From an uncultured Saprospiraceae bacterium (GTDB taxonomy: Bacteria; Bacteroidota; Bacteroidia; Chitinophagales; Saprospiraceae), in the NCBI GenBank assembly GCA_938010785.1, contig CALLVC010000099.1, positions 1 through 61,568 on the forward strand: a stretch of DNA of 61,568 bases. The letters are read 5' to 3'. Below are positions 9,751 to 17,765 of the stretch, piece after piece. The first letter of the stretch is position 1; every line of letters begins with the position of its first letter. The notes below the pieces were generated by a model. It had not been told where the DNA came from and did no database searches. It was given only the letters and a program-made list of their open reading frames with translations. A program made the position numbers and the translations under genes.

Positions 9751-9838
9751 CATATTTTTTCATATTAAAATAAAAAAAAATTGAATTGATTGATTATCTT
9801 TAGGTGTTAACTAATTCTAACACCTTAGCTAAATCGAA

Positions 9839-10390
9839 TTGAACCAACATACTTTACATAAAAAAACAGCTAAAGTAATCGAAAACCAACACTTGGATTT
9901 CGAGCGTTTTTTTATGACCCATTATAAAGTATTGTTTGGTCTCGGTTATCGGCTTTGTGGAGATAAAGAATTAACTAAAGATTTATTACAAAGCTTTTTT
10001 CTACAATTATGGGAAAATAGGTTTCAATCACAGAATATTCAGTACTTAGAAGCTTATCTCAAAAAGGCTTTTCATCGAAAAGTTGTCAAAACACTTCAAA
10101 AAAATACGGCCAATCAGCTCGCCTTAAAAAATCAGTCTAATTCCTTAAGTGTTCCTTCTTACGAATCCTTGCTTATCAATTTACAAACAGAAAAAAAACA
10201 AAAGATTCAATTAGAAACGGCTATTAATAAGCTGCCCAACCAACAAAAAGAAATACTTAGTTTACGATTCAAAGAAGGCTTAGATTATGCAGAAATTGCT
10301 ACTTCTACAGGTAAAAGTCAACAAACTATTTATAATCAAATCCATTCTGCTATTCAAAAATTACGCAAATCTTTCCACCCTATTTTCTAG
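9839..10390 (+). CDS. ECF-type RNA polymerase sigma-70 family factor
   Basis: 183-aa ORF with a TTG start. Region 2-like LTKDLLQSFFLQLWE. Region 4 HTH LPNQQKEILSLRFKEGLDYAEIATSTGKSQQTIYNQIHSAIQKLRK. Followed by a FecR-like gene. Confidence 0.85.
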   Translation: MNQHTLHKKTAKVIENQHLDFERFFMTHYKVLFGLGYRLCGDKELTKDLLQSFFLQLWENRFQSQNIQYLEAYLKKAFHRKVVKTLQKNTANQLALKNQSNSLSVPSYESLLINLQTEKKQKIQLETAINKLPNQQKEILSLRFKEGLDYAEIATSTGKSQQTIYNQIHSAIQKLRKSFHPIF

Positions 10391-10513
10391 TTTGTAATTT
10401 TTTTTCAAAAAAAAAATTCATTCGGATAGTAAATCTTCCAAATTCCTTCCTCTTATTTATAAAAGCGTTATTTATTTCCCCATTTGGACGAACTGCATTT
10501 ACACTAAAAAATA

Positions 10514-11530
10514 ATGAATTTAAACCATATGACTGTAGCGGCCTTAGTAGCTTCTGAGCATTTTCAAAACCATTGCTTGTATCCAACTACTCAATCTGTG
10601 GCGTATTGGGAACAACAGCTACTTCAATTTCCAGAACAGCAAGCAGTATTTGAAGAGGCAAAGGCTTTAGTTTTAACATTGACGTTACAGCCTTCTGATT
10701 ATGAAGTTTCTGAGGCATTCTTAGATTTCAAAAAAGTAATCGACCAACAACAATTAGAACAGCCTACAAAACTAGTCGCACTTCCTAGCAAAAAAACACC
10801 TAAAAATAATAGAAGAAAATTTATCTCTATTGCCGCTACCCTATTATTCCTATTTTCCTTGGGTATATGGAAATTTTTCCTAGCGCCCTCTACTGCAACA
10901 ATTCAGTTGACAACCAATTACGGAGACATAAAAACCTATCTTTTACCAGATGGGAGTAAAGTAATCTTAAATGCAAATTCAAGCCTTACTTTTCACAAAC
11001 ACTGGTCGAATAATACCCAGCGTAAAGTACAATTAGTAGGAGAAGCTTTTTTTGAAGTAAAAAGGAAATCAGTACAGGAACAGTTTATTGTTCAAACAAA
11101 TAAAGGAACGATTCAAGTACTGGGAACCTCTTTTAATGTTAAGCAAAGAGCGACAACTTTAGAAGTAGCACTCTTGGAAGGCGCAGTCGCATTGTCCATT
11201 CCTAAATACCCACTCCTAAATATGGAACCCGGAGAATTAGTCAGAATAGACGGAACAGATTTTTATGATAGAAAAACCGCAGATGTAGATGCTTTTAGTG
11301 CGTGGAGATTTAAACGAATGGTGTTTAAAGAAATGACTATTGCCAAAGTCATTCAAAGATTAGAAGATGAATTTAATTGGAAAGTGACTGTAGCAGACCA
11401 AACACTATTGAAAAGAAAAATTACCGCAACTATACCGAAGAATGACCCAGAATTATTACTAAAAGCACTTTCGGAAATATATGATTTGCAGATTGAGCAA
11501 TTGGATATTAGAACTTATTTAATCAGATAA
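10514..11530 (+). CDS. FecR family anti-sigma factor / transmembrane sensor
   Basis: 338-aa ORF with a single TM (FISIAATLLFLFSLGIWKFF). FecR-like periplasmic domain (LPDGSKVILNANSSLTF...GEAFFEV...FIVQT..GTIQVLGTSFNV). Lies between the ECF sigma and the STN-SusC genes. Confidence 0.85.
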   Translation: MNLNHMTVAALVASEHFQNHCLYPTTQSVAYWEQQLLQFPEQQAVFEEAKALVLTLTLQPSDYEVSEAFLDFKKVIDQQQLEQPTKLVALPSKKTPKNNRRKFISIAATLLFLFSLGIWKFFLAPSTATIQLTTNYGDIKTYLLPDGSKVILNANSSLTFHKHWSNNTQRKVQLVGEAFFEVKRKSVQEQFIVQTNKGTIQVLGTSFNVKQRATTLEVALLEGAVALSIPKYPLLNMEPGELVRIDGTDFYDRKTADVDAFSAWRFKRMVFKEMTIAKVIQRLEDEFNWKVTVADQTLLKRKITATIPKNDPELLLKALSEIYDLQIEQLDIRTYLIR

Positions 11531-11580
11531 ATTTTGACTAAGCTTTAAGTCTACTTTTAAAGAAATTGAAATTTTAGCAT

Positions 11581-14500
11581 ATGAAAATACTTCACCGCTT
11601 CACTTCTTTTCTACTTTTTATTGGTATGTGTTGCTTTCCTTTATTAGGAAATGCCGCTACTAAATCTCAAAGTAGTTTAGCGCAAAAAACCATACCGCTT
11701 TCCAAAGCCATTGATGAGGTCGCCAATGTGTACCAAGTCAACATTGTTTATGATGTGGAACAAATTGCTGGAAAGCAAATAACCAATTGGTCCATTAAAC
11801 ATCAATCAGTAGAAGCTGAGCTAAAAGAACTACAGCGTAAATCAACCTTTGATTTTAAAAAACTAGGAGCGGAAACTTATATCATAAAAGTCGAAACAGT
11901 TATTTCTGACAAGGAAGAAATCATTAAACAGCATAACCAAAAGCAGGCTATATCAAAAGTGCAAAAAGCCATCATTACCGTTTCAGGAAGCGTTTATGAT
12001 ATTGATAATAATGACCCATTAATAGGAGTAAATATTTTATTAAAGGGGAAAGATGTCGGTACTGCTACTGATTTTGATGGTAAATTTTCCTTAGAAGTAG
12101 AAGAAGGCGCAACACTAATTTTTAGTTATATTGGATATACTGAAAAAGAAATTAAAGTCCGAAATGCTAATTTGGGGAAGATTTATTTAGAATCAGATGC
12201 CAAGCAATTAGAAGAAGTTGTCGTCGTCGGTTATGGTACCCAAAAAAGAAGTGATTTAACAGGTGCATTATCATCCGTTGGAGAAAAAGAAATAAAAGCT
12301 TTGCCTGCCACAGGATTGGACCAAGCACTTCAAGGAAGAGCAGCAGGTGTACAAGTTACCCAAAACTCTGGTGCTCCTGGCGGTGGTGTATCTATCCGTA
12401 TTAGAGGTATCGGTTCGACACTTTCTGCGGAGCCACTTTATGTGATAGACGGTATTCCTGTCGTAAATGATAATCAAGGAACTTCTGCCAACTTTAGCGA
12501 ATTAGACGGCGGAGGTCAAAACTCTAATGCATTAAACACGGTTAATCCTAGCGATATAGAATCTATTGAAATTTTAAAAGATGCTTCGGCCACCGCTATT
12601 TATGGTGCACGAGCTGCCAACGGTGTAGTTTTAATTACTACAAAAAGAGGAAAAGCGGGTAAGTCAAATATTAGCTTAGAAAGCTATTATGGCCTACAAG
12701 AATTATCAACTAAAATCCCTGTTTTAGACTTACGTCAATATGCAGCCTATTATGGAGATATAGGTTTTACCTTGATTGAAGAATTTGAAAACCCTGAATT
12801 ATTAGGAAAAGGAACAGATTGGCAAGATGCTGTCTTTCGTCAAGCATCCACTCAAAACTATCAACTAACGGTTTCTGGCGGTTCTGAAAAAACAAAATTT
12901 GCCTTATCTGGTGGTTATAACTTTAAAGAAGGTATTGTGGTGGGTTCTGATTTTACGCGCTTGTCTGCAAAAATAAATGTGGACCATTCCTTCTCCGACC
13001 GGGTGCGGATTGGTAATAGTTTTTTAGCCAGTAGAACTAGTGAAAACATTACGTTTAATGACAATAGTAGCGGAGTCGTTTATACCGCATTATTAGCCGT
13101 ACCAAATGCGCCTGTCAGAAATGCAGATGGTTCCTTTGCGGGCCCGCAGGAAGAAATTACTTTAGCTTTTGATAATCCTGTGGCTAGAGCTTTGGAGACA
13201 CAAGATGTAAATACGAAGACCAGAATTTTATCGAACTTATACGCAGAAATAGATGTATTACCTTGGTTAAAATATAGAACTGAATTTGGAGCAGACATCA
13301 TTTATTCCAATCATAATACTTTTTTCCCACAGTTTGAGCGAGGTAATTTCTTTGGAAGATCTGGGGTGCGCAGGAATTTAAGCAATAGCTTATTTTGGAT
13401 TAATAAACATCTATTAACCTTCAATAAAAAAATCGCAGACAAGCACAATGTAAATGCCCTACTTGGTTTTGAAGCACAAGAAGGAACTTTTGAATGGTTA
13501 TTCGCCTCTAGAGATAACCTTGTCTCTAACGACCTCCAACAATTATCTCTAGGTGACGCAGGTCAGCAACAAAATAATGGTGGTGCCGGACACTGGGCCT
13601 TGGTCTCTTATTTTGGTCGATTCAATTATGGTTTTGATGACCGCTACTTACTAACGGGAACGGTTAGAGTCGATGGTTCTTCTCGATTTGGTCCTAATAA
13701 TCGCTATGGCGTGTTTCCGTCCGCAGCCTTTGCTTGGAGAGCTTCTAATGAAGCCTTTTTAAAGTCGGTAGATGCTATTGATAATTTAAAAATTAGAGTC
13801 GGTGTCGGAACAGTCGGCAATCAAGAAATAGGACTCTATTCTTACAGCGCTAATCTGAGGTCTATTAATGTAGCTTTAGGTGACCAACTAGTCACAGGCT
13901 TTGCGCCTGATAATATCGCCAATCCAGACGTAAGATGGGAGTCTTCTTTCCAAACGAATGTCGGTATTGATTTAGGTTTATTTAATAATCGGATAGAAGT
14001 TATTGCTGATTATTATGTAAAAAAAGCAGACGGAATGTTGTTGCCTGCTTTGATTCCATTAACAGCAGGTAGTTTGAATGCTCCCTTTGTCAATATTGGA
14101 GAAATAGAAAATAAAGGCCTAGAAATTACTTTAAACACACAAAATACGACGGGTGCTTTTTCTTGGCGAACAGGTATCAACTTTTCTGTCAATAGGAATG
14201 AAGTAATTAGTCTTGGGTCTAATGGTAACCTAATTGGGTTGATTCAAAGAATTCCTGTTACTCGAACGGAAGAAGGACAACCGATTAGTCAATTTTATGG
14301 CTATGTAACGGATGGTATTTTTCAAAGTCAAGCAGAAGTAGTTGAAAGCCCCTTCCAGCAAGATGGGACAAGAGCAGGAGATATTAAGTTTAAGGACTTA
14401 AACAATGATGGAATTATTAATGACTTAGACCAAACCTTTTTAGGTAGTCCTCATCCAGATTTCACCTTAAACATGACTAATAATTTTAGTTACAAAGGCA

Positions 14501-14955
14501 TTGATTTCAGTTTCTTTTTCCAAGGTGTTTTTGGTAATGAAATTTTAAACTTAATCCGTAGAGATATAGAAGGGATGGCAGGCTTAGCGAATCAATCCGT
14601 TCGAGTCATTGACCGCTCTCGTCCGGGAATGCCTGATGACGAAATACCTAGAGCAACCGGCCCTGACCCCAATTCGAATAGAAGAATTTCATCAAGATTC
14701 ATCGAAGACGGGACTTTTGTGCGCTTAAAAAATGTATCACTTGGTTATACCTTTCCAAAAAATTGGATGCGCCGAGTAAAAATACAATCTATGCGTGCTT
14801 ACATCAGTGCACAGAATTTACAAACTTGGACGGATTATTCTGGCTATGACCCAGAGATTGGTTCTTTTAACCAAAACCCTTTAATTAATGGCGTAGAAAA
14901 TGGACGTTATCCTATTTCTCGGTCTTATACTGCTGGGATTAATGTCAATTTTTAA
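11581..14955 (+). CDS. SusC/RagA family TonB-linked outer membrane transporter with N-terminal STN signalling domain
   Basis: 1124-aa ORF. STN-like N-terminus (LSKAIDEVANVYQVNIVYD...). CarboxypepD_reg-like domain (ITVSGSVYD...GVNILLKG...TDFDGKFSL). Plug motif VVVVGYGTQKRSDLTGALSSV. C-terminal barrel ending in ..GINVNF. Confidence 0.95.
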   Translation: MKILHRFTSFLLFIGMCCFPLLGNAATKSQSSLAQKTIPLSKAIDEVANVYQVNIVYDVEQIAGKQITNWSIKHQSVEAELKELQRKSTFDFKKLGAETYIIKVETVISDKEEIIKQHNQKQAISKVQKAIITVSGSVYDIDNNDPLIGVNILLKGKDVGTATDFDGKFSLEVEEGATLIFSYIGYTEKEIKVRNANLGKIYLESDAKQLEEVVVVGYGTQKRSDLTGALSSVGEKEIKALPATGLDQALQGRAAGVQVTQNSGAPGGGVSIRIRGIGSTLSAEPLYVIDGIPVVNDNQGTSANFSELDGGGQNSNALNTVNPSDIESIEILKDASATAIYGARAANGVVLITTKRGKAGKSNISLESYYGLQELSTKIPVLDLRQYAAYYGDIGFTLIEEFENPELLGKGTDWQDAVFRQASTQNYQLTVSGGSEKTKFALSGGYNFKEGIVVGSDFTRLSAKINVDHSFSDRVRIGNSFLASRTSENITFNDNSSGVVYTALLAVPNAPVRNADGSFAGPQEEITLAFDNPVARALETQDVNTKTRILSNLYAEIDVLPWLKYRTEFGADIIYSNHNTFFPQFERGNFFGRSGVRRNLSNSLFWINKHLLTFNKKIADKHNVNALLGFEAQEGTFEWLFASRDNLVSNDLQQLSLGDAGQQQNNGGAGHWALVSYFGRFNYGFDDRYLLTGTVRVDGSSRFGPNNRYGVFPSAAFAWRASNEAFLKSVDAIDNLKIRVGVGTVGNQEIGLYSYSANLRSINVALGDQLVTGFAPDNIANPDVRWESSFQTNVGIDLGLFNNRIEVIADYYVKKADGMLLPALIPLTAGSLNAPFVNIGEIENKGLEITLNTQNTTGAFSWRTGINFSVNRNEVISLGSNGNLIGLIQRIPVTRTEEGQPISQFYGYVTDGIFQSQAEVVESPFQQDGTRAGDIKFKDLNNDGIINDLDQTFLGSPHPDFTLNMTNNFSYKGIDFSFFFQGVFGNEILNLIRRDIEGMAGLANQSVRVIDRSRPGMPDDEIPRATGPDPNSNRRISSRFIEDGTFVRLKNVSLGYTFPKNWMRRVKIQSMRAYISAQNLQTWTDYSGYDPEIGSFNQNPLINGVENGRYPISRSYTAGINVNF

Positions 14956-15024
14956 GAAGATATATTATTACGATATTCTTGGTCTCTTCGCTGAAACCAT
15001 CGAGTAATTTTCAAAATATTAATT

Positions 15025-16509
15025 ATGAAAAATAAGCTAATAAAATTATTATCATTTCTCGCCATTATTGGCTGTTGCGCTTGCGGCGAACTACTAGATA
15101 AACAACCGCTTGACCAACTAACAACTGACCTTTTTTATAAAACAGAATCAGATGCGAACAAAGCAATCTTAGCAGCTTATTCGCCAATGATAGATGTAGA
15201 ATGGATAGGAAAAGGTTGGATGATTACAGAGATTCCCTCTGATAATTCTCAAGCTGGTGGAACAGACCCCGATTTTACACCCATTGATAATTTTACGGTT
15301 GCTGCCGATAATATACCTGTCGCTAATTATTGGGCCATCCATTATCGGCAAGTTACCTTAGCAAATGTGGTCATTGAAAAAGTAGCAGGCATGGATATTC
15401 CAGAAACAGCCAAAAATACTTTTTCAGCCGAAGCCCGCTTTTTAAGAGCTGTCGCTTATTTTGATTTAGTTAGAGTTTATGGAGGCGTACCTTTAATTAC
15501 AGAAGCACCTTCTCTCGATAGAGAATTATTTTATCCTCGGTCCAGTACGGATGATGTTTATGCTTTAATTAAATCAGATTTTGAGTTTGCTGGACAATAT
15601 TTGCCTTTGACGAGAACAGGGTCAGATGCAGGCAGAGCGACCAAAGGAGCAGCCTTAGCATTTTTAGCAAAAGTAAATTTAACCACTAGAGATTATGTGG
15701 CAGCCAGAGATGTAGCTAAATCTGTCATAGACTTAGGTGTTTATAAATTACTCGAAGAGTATAATGATAACTTCGAATTAGCGACAAGCGACAATAATGA
15801 AGAGGCCGTCTTTCAAGTACAATTTACGGGTTGCGGTCCTTTTGGAACAGGTAATGCCATGCAAGCCTTTTTTGCACCTTGGGGAGAAGGAATTACTAAA
15901 GACCGAGATGGTTGGGGCTCTCAGATTCCTACTGGGCCAATATTAAATAATCCGAATACAACAATTATAGACGCGATTAAAAAAGAGGACCTTCGTCGAT
16001 ATACCAGTATCATGTTGCCTAATGCGCATTATCCATCTATTAATGCTAGCGATGGTGGCTATACTTATCCATCAAGAGGAGCTTCGGCAGTAAGTGCCAA
16101 TATCAAAAAATATGTAGTGGGTAGTGGCTCAAATATTTGCTTTATGAGCACCCCTCAAAATGCGCATGTGATTCGATATTCGGATGTCTTGTTGACTTAT
16201 GCAGAAGCTATTATGATTATCCAAGGTGGTGTTGCTTCTGACCCCGCTGCTTTAGTGGCCTTTAATCAAGTGCGTACTAGAGCAGGTTTACCAGCAGTAG
16301 ATAGTTTTGACGCGGATGATGTATTGCAAGAAAGACGGGCGGAATTTGCTTTTGAAGGACACCGTTGGTTTGATTTATTACGGTCAGGAAAAGCCGTAGA
16401 AATCATGACTTTACATGGAAAAAACTTAGATGACCATAACTTATTATTCCCAATTCCAAGTTCTGAAATAGAGGTAAACCCTATGTTAGAACAAAATCCA
16501 GGATACTAA
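15025..16509 (+). CDS. SusD/RagB family nutrient-binding outer membrane lipoprotein
   Basis: 494-aa ORF directly after SusC. Lipoprotein signal LAIIGCCAC. SusD-like motifs (RFLRAVAYFDLVRVYGGVPL; ERRAEFAFEGHRWFDLLR). Confidence 0.9.
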   Translation: MKNKLIKLLSFLAIIGCCACGELLDKQPLDQLTTDLFYKTESDANKAILAAYSPMIDVEWIGKGWMITEIPSDNSQAGGTDPDFTPIDNFTVAADNIPVANYWAIHYRQVTLANVVIEKVAGMDIPETAKNTFSAEARFLRAVAYFDLVRVYGGVPLITEAPSLDRELFYPRSSTDDVYALIKSDFEFAGQYLPLTRTGSDAGRATKGAALAFLAKVNLTTRDYVAARDVAKSVIDLGVYKLLEEYNDNFELATSDNNEEAVFQVQFTGCGPFGTGNAMQAFFAPWGEGITKDRDGWGSQIPTGPILNNPNTTIIDAIKKEDLRRYTSIMLPNAHYPSINASDGGYTYPSRGASAVSANIKKYVVGSGSNICFMSTPQNAHVIRYSDVLLTYAEAIMIIQGGVASDPAALVAFNQVRTRAGLPAVDSFDADDVLQERRAEFAFEGHRWFDLLRSGKAVEIMTLHGKNLDDHNLLFPIPSSEIEVNPMLEQNPGY

Positions 16510-16584
16510 TTTAAGTTTCCGGTTGACCATTAAATTGTATCAAATAAGGGTCAACCAACAACTGTTAACTTATTATATAAAGCT

Positions 16585-17685
16585 ATGTTAATTAGAAGAT
16601 TTACCTTTTTTTGCTTGCTTGCCCTTTTATTTGCAGCATGTAGAAAAGATGCAGGGCCGCCAGTTATTGAAAGTATCGAACCAGTTTTTGGACCAGCCGA
16701 AACCCTCATCACTATTCAAGGCGTTAACTTAGCCAACATCAAAGAAGTTAAGTTTAGTGAACAAGTCGTTAACTTTAATAATGCCTATAACGCAGAAAAT
16801 GCTTTATTGATGAGAATTCCTACCAATGTTCCCCTAGGCGAACATGTAGTTACGCTAACAACTGATGGAGGTGTCGTGACTACTAACTTTAGAGTCACTT
16901 TAGAACCACCAGAAATTTTTAACTTCACTCCCGCTTCTGCCGCTGTTGGCGAACAGGTAACGATTAAAGGAAAAAACTTTTACGAACCTTTGACTGCTTG
17001 GTTTTTTGATAGTGTACAAGCAGAAATAATAACTGCTACTCCAGATTCAATGATTATTATAGTTCCTGAAGGAGTAGAAAAAGGTAGAATTAGCATGTTT
17101 GCTAATGGTGGATTTACACGGTCTCCCATTAATTTTTTTACGGTTAATCCAATCTTAGTCAATGATTTTGATGGAAATGGGATTCGTTCAGAAACAGACA
17201 AATGGATTTTTAGAGGGAGTATCGACCAGGATAAAAATACGGCAGTACAAAATAGTGTGCCTGAACCAATTGATGGCAATTATTTAAAAATAAGTGGAAA
17301 AGATGACCTAAATATTAGTTGGATTGGTGGGGCCGAAAATCATACGTGGGATGTAGAGCAATTCCAAACTTTTGGAATTACCACCGATGCTAATAACACT
17401 TTAGTAGAAATGGACATCAATAATAACGGTCAAAAAAAGACCCATATGATTTTAGTCCTTTTAGAAAAAGATGGCTCTCCTAATGATTTTGCCCTGACTA
17501 CTAAAATTGACTGGAATGGATGGGAAAAAATTTCCGTTCCGCTCATTCGATTCCAAGATTTAAATGGTTTCACAGTAGATCCAACCAAGATAAAAACACT
17601 AAAAATCCAGCTTATTGACGCTGATGATTCTAATGAAAAATTAGAAGTCAATGTGGATAATATTCGATTTGTTGAAATTTTGTAA
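16585..17685 (+). CDS. Surface lipoprotein with two IPT/TIG domains and a C-terminal CBM-like domain (SusE/F-position glycan-binding protein)
   Basis: 366-aa ORF. Lipobox LLFAAC. Two IPT-like repeats (IESIEPVFGPAETLITIQGVNL... and IFNFTPASAAVGEQVTIKGKNF...). The ~180-aa C-terminal beta domain starts NDFDGNG, like the repeat starts of the next gene. Confidence 0.75.
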   Translation: MLIRRFTFFCLLALLFAACRKDAGPPVIESIEPVFGPAETLITIQGVNLANIKEVKFSEQVVNFNNAYNAENALLMRIPTNVPLGEHVVTLTTDGGVVTTNFRVTLEPPEIFNFTPASAAVGEQVTIKGKNFYEPLTAWFFDSVQAEIITATPDSMIIIVPEGVEKGRISMFANGGFTRSPINFFTVNPILVNDFDGNGIRSETDKWIFRGSIDQDKNTAVQNSVPEPIDGNYLKISGKDDLNISWIGGAENHTWDVEQFQTFGITTDANNTLVEMDINNNGQKKTHMILVLLEKDGSPNDFALTTKIDWNGWEKISVPLIRFQDLNGFTVDPTKIKTLKIQLIDADDSNEKLEVNVDNIRFVEIL

Positions 17686-17765
17686 TGATAAATAATGATT
17701 CGATGCCACTAATTAGGCACTAATACATAACAACCAATTTTTTTAAACCGAAAATCAGCTTTAAC

